From the human T2T-CHM13v2.0 reference genome, Homo sapiens, in NCBI RefSeq assembly GCF_009914755.1, contig NC_060938.1: a DNA stretch of 64,000 nt; one strand, written 5' to 3'. Numbering within the stretch: position 1 is the stretch's first letter; every line of letters starts with the position of its first letter. The notes beneath the pieces are model-generated. The model saw only the letters and a program-made list of their open reading frames with translations. It was not told the DNA's origin and did no database searches. The position numbers and the translations under genes are program-made. Shown in pieces: positions 25,261 through 41,067 of the stretch.

Positions 25261-25339
25261 TTTGTAAATTACCAACTGAGCAGTCTCTAGGAAGAGCACA
25301 CGTTTGGAGTCTGAGAGTCAGACAGGCTTAGATTCAAAT

Positions 25340-25530
25340 CCAGCCAATAACTAACATCCATCGAGCACCTCTGTGCACCCAGCCCAACTCTACGCACTTC
25401 ACATGAACTATCTCACTTAATCATCTCAATGACCCCATGAGGCAGAGCCAATTATTATTCCCATTGTACAGATGGGGACACCAAGGCAACTCGCCTTCAT
25501 CCACACAGCTAATGATGAAGGAGCTGGGAG
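25340..25530 (-). mobile_element. MIR
   Basis: atctcacttaatcatctcaatgaccccatgaggcag...attattcccattgtacagatggggacacc. Confidence 0.75.
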
Positions 25531-28419
25531 GGGGCCAGGGAGGCAGACTCTGGGCTAGACAACTGGAGAACCACACTCCAGATGTTCCAACACAGGGACA
25601 CGTCTACAACATGTGCACGCACGTGGACAACTGTGTACACGTGCCTCAGGACTCCTTTGCAGATCTCAGAGCCCATGCACTAGTCACTGAGTAAGCAAGA
25701 CAGTCATCAACAGAAAACAGAAATGATTTCTGCTGCTGTCCAACTGGTGCCCCCATTCCCACCAAATGGCACACGTGACAACCTCAGTCTCACCCAGGGC
25801 CACCTGACCCAGCTGCTTTGGCTGAGCACAAGGGGCTCACTGAAAACCCTTCCCTGCTCTCAGTGCCCAAGGAATCCTGGCTCTCCTCTCTCCAACCTCT
25901 GCCCTGAGGCTTCAGTACTTTCCAAGTCACCCAGAGAGCAGTGGGAAAAAAAGGGGCTGGTCCTTGGCTTTCTGCACTGAGAGGACCTCTGTGGGAAACC
26001 GGCACTGTGGGTCCATGCACCTGCTGGCTCCCGCCAGAAACCCGGAGGCTGCTCTCCCACAGCCACACGCCCAACATGCCCTGGTTCCCTTGCACACGCA
26101 CAGGAGCCACAGGACGCGTCCTGGCCAACAGAATGGGAGCAGACGTAGTGGGTGCTTCCAGGCCAAGCTAGTTCAAGTGTATGATGAACAGCGTGCCTTC
26201 CCTAGACCCCATTCATGTGGCTGACGAAAAAGACTTGGATGACAGAATAACCTGATGGAGTGAACACAGATTCTTGAGTCACTGCTTGGAGAGGCCGCTG
26301 GTCTCCACTGGACTGTGACATGAGCCGGAAACCAACCCCCAGAGGTACAGGGCAGCCTGTTCTAACACCTTCGCTCAGCCTGTTGACGAGCTCTCCAGCC
26401 AGGACAATCTCTCCCCAGGCACTGCTCACTGTGTGCCCACGCCAAGGATGGCTTTGGAACTCAAGTCCCAGATACTGGAAGCAATGGAGGGGTGGAGGCA
26501 GCTGTGGGCAGACCTGGGCCTTCAGTCAGTGATCTTCAACCCCCTTGAGACACTGTTTCCTCACTGGTACAATACAGCCGATGACAGCTGCCATCAGCAT
26601 TCCACGAGACAGTGTTGGTGAAGCCTTAGCACCAAGCCTGGCCCAGAGCAGGCCCCCTGCAGGCACCTCCCCAAGCGGATGTCAGCTCTCAGACCCTCCG
26701 GAACCTCAGCAATCACAGTTCCCATTGGATCTCCCACCTCTAACGCCAAACAGTAACCGCCTTCAGGTTCAGCTTCGGCATTTCTAAGCCTCAGCGTCCC
26801 AGGCACGATGATGGGGCTGTGGCTCCTCCCTCCCATTGAGAACACTTCACTGCCTCCTCGCAGTGGTGCCTACTCAGGGAGAACAGAGACGCTCAAGCTG
26901 ACTGAGCTTACGTGGCTGATGAGTTGCAGAGAGTTCTCCTTAGCCTGTGCCCCCTCCCTGAGGACAGGGACTATGTCCTATTCCTCCCCGTGGCCCCTGT
27001 GTGGCCTGGCATCATGCCCAGTTGTTCTAGAAACCAGCCAACATGGACTGAATTGATTCCCCAAAGCTGGAGGGATTCATGCCATTCACCTATCCATACA
27101 GTATATATTGGGCATTGGGCATTTCCATAACCACCCTCCAAGGACATGTTATCCCTGCTTTGCTCCGAAAAAAGGACATGATGAGATGAGGGAACTCGTG
27201 GAAGGTCACTGAGAGTAAGCGGCAGGCCCATGTTTTCTTACCACTCCCTTCCCTAGAGCCAACACCTCACACTGCCCGCCCCTCACCTCCACCTGGGGTC
27301 TGGACCCTTGGGGACCCTGAGCTTAGTTGTGTCTGTGTTGGACTCTGGAGGGTATGGTGGGAGAGGTGAGAATCTTCAGGTTAAAGAATTCCACGATGTC
27401 CCAAGCAGCCCCAGGAATAAGCCACACATGCCCTGGGCCTAGCAGGGTAAGAAAAATAAAGCCGTCTCTGGGCAACAGAGCAGGCAAGGACACCCGAGCC
27501 ACCCGAGCTTCAGCCCCAGGGTGCACCTTGCAGAGAGGAGACATGGGCCCCAGGAAGCCCAAAAGGCACAGAGGCTCCAGGCAGCTGTGCTTTTAGCCAA
27601 GCCGGCAGGCCACAATCTTTGAGGGCTGAAGATGCCACAGCTCTGACAACAAGCACACAAGGCAGGAGATGAGCCACCACCCTTGGTCACTGGCACGGCT
27701 TCCTGGGCATGACTCTTGTCCTCCCAAGCAGGCCATGAGCATCTTGCAGGCCCCTTCCTCTACAGCCAAGCATAGTAAGGATCAAACAGTCACAGACACT
27801 GACCCTCCCAGGCCCAAGAGAGTGGACAAGGCAAGGGTAACAAAGGAAGCCACTGACAGTCCCCAGCAGATTGTCTTCGGTGCACCACATCTGACTGTCC
27901 CAAAGCTGTGGCGAGGGATGGATTTCTATCTGAGCTCTCAGCCAGATGAATTCAAAGGCTGCTACCCCCTTCCAGAAACCCAGCTACCCTGTCTCTCTGC
28001 ACTTCCCACAGAGGATTTCAGATCCAGGACTGCACCACCTGGATCCCAACTTCCCTCCCAGATGGCAAGCACGAAGTTAGCGCGCAATGCAGGCTGCACT
28101 CCCTTCCAACTGCCAACATGGGAACTGAGGGTGTGAGAGCGGCACCCCGCATTTACACTCAGTAGAGCTGACTGGGGAATGTGCAAAAATAAAATGAGGT
28201 GACACGTCCCACTTGACAAATGCTGAAAACATCAAGAATGCAGTCACAGCCACCCTTCTTGCTTCTGCCCTTTATCCAAAATGTAAATAAAAGAGAAACC
28301 GTTACTGCTTCATGAATCACACACAAAAGCCTGTTCTTTACTCTCCTCTGGTTTTCTCAAAGCCTCAGTTTGTGTGAGTGATGCATGGGAAAGACAACAG
28401 GACTTGTTTTCTTTTCTTT

Positions 28420-29300
28420 CTTTCATTCATTCATTCATTCATTCATGCACTCATTCATTGAGTAATTAAGTGAACAGAGTAAGTTTGTGCCTAGCATTGC
28501 TCAAGCTCTGAAGATGCGACGTGAAGATGACCGCCAGGTCCCTGTCCTCAGTGCTCATACTCACAGCCTAGTGTGGGAGACAGACAACAAACAAGCAAAG
28601 GAAGCGACTGGAGGCACCACCGAGGGCTGCAACATCAATGAAGTGCAGAGGGCATGATAGGAAAGGGGGGCACTCGTCAGAGAAGGCCTGGTACAGGCTA
28701 AACTGTGTCCCCAAAAAACGGTATGTTGAAGTCCTAACCCCTAGTACCTCAGAACGTGACCTGGTTAGGAAATGGGGTCTTTGCAGATGACCTTTGTTAA
28801 GATGAGGTCATTCCAGAGCAGGTAGGTCCCTAGTCCACGATGACTGGTGCTCCTATAAAAAGGGGAAATTTAGACACAGACCCGCACAAAGGAGGAACAT
28901 CGTGAGGAGATGAAGGCAGAGATGAGGGCGGTACTTCTACATTCCCGGGAACGCCAAAGATGGCTGGCAATCCACCCCCAGCAGGGAGAGATGGCTGGAA
29001 CAGGCCCCGCTGCCTCGGAAGGAGCCCCACTTGGGATCTCAGACTTCTCACCTCCGGAACTGGGAGGGGTGCATTTCTGCTATTTAAGCTGCCCAGTTTG
29101 TGGCCCTTTGTGACAGCAGCACTGGCAAATGAATCCAAGGCCTCTCTAAGGAAGGCCTGGGCAAGAAGAAGGCCCAGGAGAGACCTGGGGAAGAATGTTC
29201 TGAACTAAGAAGAAGGCAAGTGCAGGGGTCCCGAGCAGAGGAGGCCAGCGTGGGTGCAGGGGACGGGGGACAAAGAGGTGGGGGCACGATTGGAGTCAGT
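28420..29300 (-). mobile_element. L2 3' end with (TTCA)n tail, interrupted by an MLT1 LTR
   Basis: ttcattcattcattc...ggtccctgtcctc...ctcacagcctagtgtgggagacagacaa; the L2-like sequence resumes after 29142. Confidence 0.75.
28689..29137 (+). mobile_element. MLT1C-like MaLR solo LTR with 5-bp TSD
   Basis: TG...CA termini flanked by AGGCC (28684-28688 and 29138-29142); tatgttgaagtcctaacccctagtacctcagaacgtgacc...ttaagatgaggtcat. Confidence 0.9.
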
Positions 29301-30057
29301 GTCCTCAGAGTGGGGGAAGCTGGCAAAAGGCCATGAGTGAGGGAGTTAGATGCCTCAGTCCCTTTGGAGAGACCGCTGTGGAAGTTAACACAGGTGAGGT
29401 GTCAGCACCTTGCCTGGTACAGGCTGTAAGCGCTTCATACATGGCAGTTGCCATTTTTATGGCCTCATGGAACAAGGGACTTAGGTAAGATTTTCAGAAA
29501 CCATGATGCTTCGAAGACAGCAGCGGGCCAGGGGTCAGGAGCCTGGCACTGACTTGCTGTGGGACCTCGAGCCATCATTTCCCTTGTCTGGAAGCTGGGG
29601 GCCTGGGCTTTAATGAGGGCCATAGACCCCCCTAAGGCCTCCTGGTCTGGCTCCAAGAGGTGGTGGTAAGAGAATAAGTGCCCATCCCCAAGTGGGATTC
29701 CGACTTCATGTCCCCAGACTCCTCCCTTCCACACCCTGGCTTCCGGCCTGGGATGTTTATTTTTGCTGACAATAAAAAACATATTTCAATGTTCGCTTTA
29801 TCTCCATGTTCCCCCTAGAATGGCAACTGGCAGCCCCGGCCACAAGTGGCAAAGAATTCTCCAAGTCAAAAAAACTTTCTATGCATCCTTTTTAACAATA
29901 AGGAGGGAAACTCTGACTCAAACTCCTACAAAGCCTGCATAGATTATTATTTAAGCCCTGAAGCTGTACTCTTTCTATATTCATTGCTTTCCAATCCGAA
30001 GAGAGCATTCCTTGAGGCAATTTTCCAAACTGGTATTTGATATAATAGTAACAAAGC

Positions 30058-30410
<353 letters not shown>

Positions 30411-32555
30411 TCAGTACTCAAAATCATTTGCAAAGACTCGGTTGCGTCAAGCTAAGCAGCAGCAGAAGCTTTCCTGCAGGACTTCTCAGATACTTTAATA
30501 TGTTCACTTGCACAGAGATTTGCAGAGAGGAAGAAGCTGACACTGAAACCCTTGCATACTCACTTGGGAGAATTCCAGAGAATGCTGCCAGGTCACAGAA
30601 ATTTACTGACCCACATCTGACCTGCCCCACCCTCAATGGGAGGAAGTCCCCCAGGGACCACATACACACCATGCTGGGCGGGGCAGCTTGATGCCCTTGA
30701 ATATCTTCCGATTAGCCTCATCTAGAAGGCACATGTCCACCCAGCTCTGGCTGTGACCCTGGTGAGTTGCTGGGACTCACGAAGGGGCCATCGCACTCTG
30801 CAGACTGCAGCGTACTCCACAGCTCTGAGCAGCTGCTCAGGGAATCGGGTGACAAAGGCCAGCACGGATCGGATCGTGCACCCTGCAAAGCCAGCCCTTT
30901 TCTCTAGGGGGTGAGCCCTTTAGCAAAGGAGCTGGTGGGCTTCATCTCCCTGGGCAGCAGTTGTGAGCTGCTGAGAAGGCATGGACACAGAGACACCTAG
31001 AGAGACTCAGGGTGAAAGCAGATCTGTGCCAATGCCCTGCCAGGGCTTGGGAAAGGTATAAGCATCGGTTTTCCCAGGGTCTACAAATGAAATCAGCACA
31101 CTCAAATTTGTTGGGTCCCAGTTTTTGCTCAGAGGCCTGTGATTAAGTGTCATTTGTTATTCCTGCAATCCTACAGGTGAGAGTAGGACCGAAGGTCATC
31201 TCAGCCAGGCCTAGGGACAGGGTCAAGGGAGGTTTCCTGGGGTGGGTGATGTTAAGATAAACCAACTGTGCATTGGCACAGCAGTGCCTCAGGGACTCTG
31301 AGGCAGCAGCCATGTGACCTGTGAGCCTTGTGAAAAGGAGAATAAGAAAAGCTGGATCTGCTGCAATAACTTCCTAACCAGAGAAGGAAGGAGGCTTCCT
31401 CAAAGCCCCACAACAGCCAATGCCCCCCAACATTCCCCACCACCTCCTCTGGGCCAGCCCTGCTGAGCACAGACATCAGAACCAGGGTCTAGAGAGGGAC
31501 CACTGATGAGTAATCAGTCAACAGTGACCACCCAGGAGTGAGGGCCCCAGGACAGGACTGGTAGAGGAACAGTGGGAGCCTTGGGGCTGGGAGGCTCCTG
31601 CTGAGAAAACCAAACAGCACTTCATGGAGGAAGCCAGGCCAGACAGGAGGTAAGAGGTACGTGTCTAAGGAAAGGCAGAGAGGAGAAAGAGGCGCTAGAG
31701 AGAGACAGACACACACCCACTGGTCCCCAGGGCCTCAGGAACCAGGGAGGGTTTCTCCTGGAAGAGAACGGAGTGTGTGAATGTGCGTGCCTGTGCATGT
31801 GGGTGTGTGGTGGGGCACAGGAGGGCTCTCGGGCAGCACAGGGGTAGCTAGGTGGAGAGGTCTAGAGCTAGGGCAGGAATGATGCAGGGGAGGAGACAGA
31901 AAGAGAAGCAGGACTGCACAGCAGCTGTGGGACTGGGGACTGAGGATGGGGCAGGGGGCAAGCACAGGACCTCTTCTGGTGAGGGGCAGGGGTGAGGCAC
32001 CAGCTGGCAGCCTTTTTCCAAACTCAGGAATGGGGGAGAAAGAGTGGGCTCTGATGCTGGGAGCCCCCAGCTCCCTATCCAAAGTGTAGCCCCAAAAGCC
32101 GTCTAATACTTCCCCATGGGTCCCTGGTAAGCCCTGCCCCGACACCTTCCTCCCAGGTGCCCTCCCCCACATCCTGCCCCCAGCACACTGAACTGGGAGG
32201 TGGCTTCAGCCACACAGCACCTGCAGCAGCCGGGGGTTCCCATGGCAAACCACCCACCCCCAACACTCCCCCACCCCCTGTCGGAGCAGGAAGATGCTCT
32301 GGAAAACCTACCCTGACCAGAGGCAAAGTGACTGGGCTCACAAAATGCAAAAAGGCTCCTGAGTCTCTTGATTCTGACCCAGAAAACTCTTCTGGGGGCC
32401 CTACAGGCCTCCTCAGAGGGCGACTCCGGCCCCTCTGCCCAGTCTGTGCCTTCACTCCTGTATTTCTGTGCTTTTCCTCTCCAAGAATAGAATGGGGAGG
32501 CGGGCTCCACCACAGCTGGCCCCCACTGGGCTGGGAGATCTGTCTGCTCTGCTCC

Positions 32556-32569
32556 CCACTAGAGGGCAG
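32556..32569 (+). promoter_or_regulatory. Candidate CTCF core motif
   Basis: CCACTAGAGGGCAG fits CCASYAGRKGGCRS. Motif match only. Confidence 0.45.
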
Positions 32570-35500
32570 GCCAGCCTGAGCTGCCTGGGGGCCCCTGGGA
32601 CCTCCCACATCCTGCATGAAGGTGGGGACTCAGTGAAAGCCTATGGCTAAGTGGGCACATAATGACCCACCAAGCAAGGGAGAAGCAGACACTGAGATGG
32701 AAGCGGCAGCTGTGCCCACTGAGGGAGGGTGAAGAAGCCAGTTTAGCAGCGGAGAAGGCTGGCATGGCCCCAGCACACACGGGCAGTGGGCAGTGGGCAG
32801 TGCCAGTGCCCAGGGGCTATGCCCTGTGTGGGCCTGCACCACAGGGCCGAGGATTCAGTGGTTCCCTCCAACCTGAGGTCCTGGCCCTCCCATCACCTAT
32901 GGGGCCTGGCAGGCCTTCCCTTCTCCAGCCCCACCCCAGGTAGCACTGACGGGCCTGGCCTCTGGGCACCTGCACCTACAAAGCAAGTCCTACAGGGTGA
33001 ACACACCTCCTTCTTTTGGGTCCTGCCTCTTCTCCGCTAGGTTCTAGGGGCTTCAGGACAACAGCCTGCTGTCCTCTGCCCACCACCCCCTCTGAAACAC
33101 ACAGATGAGCTCACCTGAGCTCTCAGCTCACTAGGATGCTGATCTGTGGGACCTTGGTCACATTACGTTGCAGACATTCATTCAACAAATAGAGACCAGG
33201 CACTCGCTGTGGACTTCATGCTGCACCAGGGCAGCAGGGATGGCCTCAAGGGCAGACATGGTTGGCAGTTGGGCCAGTGAGGCAAAATAAAATGGAGGCT
33301 CTTCCAGAATGACCCAAAAGAGTGCAGTGAGCACACAAAGGCAGGCACAGGTATTCACGCTGGGCAGTCAAAAGCCGACTCAAAGGAGATGGCAGGTAAG
33401 CTGAGCCTTGAAGGACAGTGGAATGCCTCCCTCATCTCCCATGGGTGTGTATATCTGCACATGTACACCAGAGAGCCCCAAATCACCAGTGCAGACTGAT
33501 GTGCTATGGAAATTCTGCACTGAGAAGCCAAGGGGAATGGGAGGTCAACAAATGGCCAAAGAGGCCATGCTGCCTAGGAAACAGGACGGGAGGGAGGGAG
33601 GGAGGGGGCTCAGGCCGCAGAAACCTGTCTGGCTGCTGTGACACTGGTGAGTGGGAGGCAGTGGTCTACCAGGCACTGCATGAGGCCCAGAATGGGAACA
33701 ACCATGGCTGTCCAGGGCCTGGTGCCCGACAGCACCGTGAACAGCTGCCTCACCCTCCTGGGTACCAGGAGGTGGCAGAGGCAGGTTTCAACCCACCCAG
33801 GTCGGTCTGGACCAGAGCCTCCTGCTTCAGTTACTGGGCCTGTCACCTCCCACCAGAAACCAGCTGGGCCCAGGGCCTAGCCAGGAGACCAGAGAGGTCC
33901 AAGGCCTGGGCTAAGGGTGGCAGGCCCAGGTGGATGTATGTGGTGCCAAGTGGCTGCCTCTTCCCAGCCTGACTCCGGCACGTGATGACTAATTTGAATT
34001 GTTCTAATTCCTGAGGAGCATCCTCAGAGTTTGGAAACAGGTGGGAGGAGCACTCGCCAAGCCCAAGGCCACCCTTTCCAAGAAAGGGCTACGAAAGCAA
34101 TGGTGGCGTCAGTGAGACCTGCCCCTCCCCAGGAGCCCAAGGTCCCAGGAGCCCAAGGTCGGTAACTTCAAGAGCTGCGGGGAGCAGAGGCCACAACCGG
34201 AGGGACACTGTCCCCGTCCTACTGGGAAGGGCCGCTCCTATAGCAACCAGCCCTGCCCCAGGAGGTCCACATGGTGCAGTGGACTGCAATGTCTAAAGGG
34301 CATCCGGTTGAGGCCACAAGGTCATGCTCTGTGACAGCGTGAGAAGAACTGCAAACATCTCACTGAGGTTTAAGATAAACCAAAGATGCTGAGAGAACAA
34401 ATGTGACAGGCTCCTCAGTATTCACGGCTGCTTTCCCGCACGTCAGACACAGCCAACAATGACAAACACGTGACCTCCTCCGAGAGGCTGGTGGGAGCAC
34501 GTGCCCCATTTGACCCCCACGGCTCTTGCTGTTTGCTGGTGGCAGCCTCTCCACACCCCCTAACCCCCAGCCACTCTCCCCGGCGTTCTGTGGCCCACAC
34601 CCCTCATGACTCACCAGGCTCAGCACCCCAGGGGCCGGGTGAGGGCTCTCCCCCAGGAACACTGCCCCTATTCTCTGGGCTCTGGGATCGTTACCAACAA
34701 CCCGCACCGCATTCTCTCCCACTCATCTCAATACCGCAGGGGAGGATGCAGCCCCCAGAACTTGGAAATGCCAAGAAAAATCCCCCCAGAGCAGAGCAGA
34801 GAAGGGCTGAGAGATGCTGACAGCTGCCAAAAAGGGACCTACCTGCTGTCAAGGGGTGGAAGCCCCAAACCTCAGTGCTTGTGACTGTCAGAGAGCTGGG
34901 AAAGCCACGGAACACACAGAGCCTCCCGGCTCGGCGACAATGCCCTGGCTGTTCCCCCGGCCCCCACCCCCTAACAATGCTCCTTTTTTCTTGGGCACTG
35001 ACCCTCACTTATCAGGGCTCTGTCCTCAGAAGAGCCTGCAGGCCCAGGCAGCTGGACCAGGGAGGCCCTGGAAGGCTGTTCCCCTGCTCCCTGGGTGGCT
35101 CCTGCTCTGAGCCAGGCCAGTCCCAATCCCTGGGGCCTACACAGGAAGCCCCGGAGCCACAGCAATTCTCCCTGCCAACCCTCTGACCCCGGGACAATGG
35201 CATCTCCATGCCCCTTGCATGGTCAACAGGGCAGTGTTGATAGGAAAAGAGGAGACCAGCATTTCTCAGCCTAGGACGTCAGATCCTGCCTGCATTTCAC
35301 CATGGGTGTGTGTGGGTGTGTGTCTGCCTTTCTTTCAAACAGATGGTCAAGGTCAAACTCACTGAAAATTCAAAATTTGGTAAGAGTTATTAAAGGTATT
35401 TCAAGGAATGTGACGGTTGGGTTTCACTGCTGGAATAAACAGCAGCCACTGGCTGAAGGCGCAGGTAAGCTTCAGGATGTAGCCCCAGGCCCCAGCCACC

Positions 35501-36046
35501 TAGATGCACCTTACATGCTCACCTGAGCAGCCACCTGCAAGGCTGGCTCCCACTTCACAACGGGAGTCCAAGGCCAGGCCCAGGACTCAAGAACTCCTAC
35601 TGGCGAGCCCGGGGCTGAGATTCAAACTCAGCTTCCTGACAAGGTGTGGTCCGGATGTTAAAGACAAGGAAGACAGAAGAGTGCCACCTGGGGCTCTAGG
35701 AACCCTTAACATGACCCAGCTGCCTCCTGCAGTGGAGATGGTGAGACTCAGGCAGAATAAAGATACCAGCTGTGTCTATAAAGTAATACAGCTTTTCAAA
35801 AAAACTGTCTTTTTTCTCTGATCAAATTAATGTCCATTGTAAGAGATGTTTATATCTCCAGTTATTTACTCAGGGATCGAAAAATTTTAACTTAATCTCA
35901 GAGATAGCCTGTAACATTTGTATTACATAACGTACTCCTCCAAGTTTTTAATATTTATCTTTGCTAAAACTGAAATTATACTACACAAACATCTGGATCC
36001 TACTTTTTAATTAACAAACTATAAGGAATATATTCCTGTGACATGA

Positions 36047-36361
<315 letters not shown>

Positions 36362-36410
36362 TAAAAGGTAAATCAAGCATAATTTATTTAATCAATTCCC
36401 TACCTTTTAA

Positions 36411-36937
<527 letters not shown>

Positions 36938-37357
36938 TAAGATACTCTAATACCGTTCCTAAAACCTGTGACCTATTTCTTGCTCAGTTTTTCTCTGAAC
37001 TGAGCCCCAAAAGATGTCCCAAGTTGGGAGTTAAGTTCCCTTTGCTACCACCGCCGACCTTGCTGCCATGGCTACAGCGTCCGCCTGCATACGCCCAGCT
37101 CTCACGGGGGTGCTGCCAAACTCAAGAGCCCACCACTGACTTCCCCTTTCCTACTAAACGATGCCCAGAGTTCTGGGCACAGGCCTTTTGGGCAGGCTCT
37201 GGCCCCAGCATGCTTTGGGCTCCCTCTCCTATTTGCTCCATGCTCACCATACCCAGAAACACCCCCCACCTCCTTGTTCTACAGAGGCTGTTCTCTCTCC
37301 TTCTCAGCTACTCAACCTTCTCTCAATCCATGTCAACAAGACGCCTCCTCTTTTTTT

Positions 37358-37491
37358 GCTAGGCATGGTGACTCACACCTGTAATCTCAGCACTTTGGGA
37401 GGCCAAGGCAGGAGAATCACTTGAGCCTAGGAGTTCAAGACCAGCCTGGGCAACACAGCAAGACCCCTTGTCTACAAAAAAAAATTAAAAA
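37358..37491 (+). mobile_element. Alu monomer (FLAM_C-like)
   Basis: Left-arm-only sequence followed by poly-A. Confidence 0.88.
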
Positions 37492-40400
37492 CAGAAACCT
37501 CCTCTTCCACCCTGTGCCTGCTGGAGACTTTGTATCTTTACCAGCCCAAGGTGCTTGGTGTCAGATCCCCAGACTCTGGAATCTTGAATCCGCTGCTCGC
37601 AGATCTGACTTGTCACTTAAACCCCACTGTGCTTCTGTGACCACTGAATGGGGGACCAGGACGCACCTACACCTCACAGGGTCGCTGTGATAAGTCGCTG
37701 AGGCCGTCTCAGCCCCACACCCTGCAGCAGGCCAGCAAGCTGTCAGGCTGGTATTCAGCCTCAAAAACACTTGAGGAGCTAAACTGGGAGTTCTCCCTGC
37801 CAAAGTCTCCCTTGCTGTCAGTTTCAGTACAGGAAGTACAGGGTGGTTGGGAGGGGACAAATGACACCTTTGCTTCTCCAAGGCCACTGAGTGTTCTTAC
37901 TGGCCCTCTGTCCTCCCCACAGGGCCTCCTCCAGAGGGTGTCCCGCTGTGCAGGGCACCCAGAAACCCTCTGGATGGGGTCAGAGCGCACACGGGTGCTC
38001 CTGCCAGCCCCTGCTGGGAGGCACCCCACCTCCAACTCAGGCTGACGGGAAGAACGCCCAGTGCCACTTCTATTAATTCAGCCAATGTTTTGTTCTTTTT
38101 GGTTAAACTGCCTTAATCTTTAAAACCGCATATCCACACGTCTGGCAGGCTCTTTATGCTCATGATTTCTCTGGGAGGAGAAGCAAGACAGACTTCATAG
38201 CCACTTACAGACCAGAAAACTGAGGACTCAGAGGGTCTGTGTCAGGGTGGACAATGGGGAGCCTGGGCTTCAGCTACATGAAGCAGAGCTTTGCTTCCTC
38301 CTATGAAAGCAGGGCCTCGGCCCAATGTCCTTCACTGTGGCCTGGGGTATAAGGACAGAGCAGGGGTAGGGAGGGGAGATAGTGGAGGAGAGGCGGTCTT
38401 GGTCCACTTTGCCACTCCCCACCTGCAGAGGCCCTCACCACCAACAGAATGAGGTCCAGGCCCCTGGCCAGAGCACACATGGTCCCCTGCCACACCGCTT
38501 GGCCCAACACCCCTGCCCAGGCACCCTGCAGACACTGTATACACCAAATACTTGGAGTTCCCCCAAATGCTAAGCTGGCTCGTGCCTTGAGGCTTCCTGC
38601 ACGCAGTCCCTCCTCTTCCTCAGGACCTGGTGAGCTCCCAGCCTTCTCTGAAGGGCCCATTCAATGCCCCCCTCTCCCCCCCGCAGGAGGCTGCCCAGCA
38701 CTCCCTGAGCAGGAAGTAGCTCTGTGCCCCCTCTGGGTCACTGCCATTCTCTTTCTCTGGTGACTGCCTCCCTCTGGGTGGGGCCGTATGCAGCTGTAGG
38801 AAACAGCCAAGCTTGGGAGGCAGGAGAACTAGAAGCAAGGTCCTGGCTCCATCACCTGGATGGAAGGCCCTGGGAACTACTTCACCTCACCAAGGCCCCG
38901 TCTTCTCCCCTGTAAAAAAGGAAGGATCCTGCCTACATCTCGAGGTGTCGTGCACATTCAACAAGATAGGATGTCTATGCACTGAGCTCAGAGCAGAAGT
39001 GTAACTCTACCACTCCCCATCAATACAGAGTGTGGGGGGAGATGGTTGGTCTCGTATATACGACAGCCATGAACCTAATCCCCTGTCAGGAGGGGGCTAT
39101 TTTGATCAGTGATTAGCCAGGCGCTGTCCTCAACCATTTACTCCTCACAAAGGCCCTATCCCACAGGCACTAGCATCATTTACATTTCAAAGAGGCTATA
39201 AGGCAAGGGCCAGGCTTCCACTGCCCGGCCAGGATCTGAACCTCCCTCCAGGCCCTCTGTCCTACAAAGTACCTTTCAAATGCCCCCTCCTCCAAGAAGT
39301 CTTCTCTGACTCCTCCCTGCGGCCAGAAGTGGCAACCCTGTCTCTGCACAGTATTGCCTGGGCATCCTTCCCTCCTCTCAGTATGAGTTACTCTGAGGCC
39401 CAGAGACCAGCAGGTTCTGGGATGTGAGCACCAGAACCTTCCTGGGGCTGACCTGAGCAGCAAGGGACCTCACTAAAAGGCCACTGTGCAGGTCAGAAAA
39501 CACAGGAAGCTGGGAGAGCCACGCTCAGAAACCGGGCCTCTGCCAGGGAGGCTGTTCACCCAGAGAAGCACAGTGAAAGTAGGCCCTGTGGCAGGCAGGC
39601 AGGCAGGCAAGGCCCCTGCCCAGCCCACACCCGGGCACACAGGGCTCAGCATCCCATCTGGCACCTGCCTCTGCCACTGAGCCACCATGACGAATGCTCC
39701 CTGTCCTGCTTCCTGAATCCCAGCACCAGGGGGTGGGTCTGGCTGGCAGGCCCCAGTCCTGTGCTCGCACCCAGCACTACAGGTGACAAGAGTTCCTGGC
39801 CTTTCCTGTCTGGCCTCCAAGATACATATGGAAGAGAATCCTCAGATGTAAACTCAGAGGGGGTTCAGATGCTAGGAACTCCCAAAACACAGCAAATCTA
39901 TCCTGCAGCCCCCTGTTAACCATATGTTCCTGGTAGCAAGGACCCTATCTCACCCAGCCTGTGTCCCCCGCGGTGTCTAATCCTAAGGGCCACCTACTAA
40001 ATGACAACAGCAGTGACCGCCTACCACACAGCTGCCATGTGCAGGTGTCATGCTGGGTCCTCACAGACTTCCTCTCACCCAGTCCTCACAACACCCACTG
40101 CAGGAGGTACAAATCAAGTTATTTTATAAGTTGAGGAAATTAACCTTCTAGAGAACAAATGACTCAAGTGCCCTGAATCTCACAGTAACAAATCCAAGAT
40201 TCTGACACAGGTACAGCAAACTGGAAACACGTTTTCTCTACTCCGCCACCCTGCTGTTCTAGTAAACGTTCATTCAGTGAATGATAGCCATATGTGAACA
40301 GAAAGTGGCTAAGAACAAAAACAGTCCCTCTCTCCCCAGCCAAGCAGCTTCGACCCTAATCCCTGAGTGGGCCTTGATGCTGGGGGTTTTGGAACATGCC

Positions 40401-40731
40401 TGGCACATGTTTGGGTCACCAAAACCCTCCTAACATGCAGCCATTTGCCAAAAGGATTTGTTTGAGGCTGCGATCTCTCTAGTTTTGAGGGTGCTGATCG
40501 GATACCCCTAACAGCGACAGGGCTGGGAACTGGGACAAGGCAGAGCTGGACTTAACACGGCTTTGAAGCAAAGATCCAAAACTCAGGCCAGTGCCCCACC
40601 TGCATGTCCTGATGGGCCTGACAGGGCACTGGGGCTTGTGGGGTGGCTGCAGCGCTCAGAGGGAGAAACTGGTGGGCAAAGAAAGGGAGAAGGGCCTCGG
40701 ACAAGGAGAAGGAAATTAAAGTTTCAATCAT

Positions 40732-41067
<336 letters not shown>

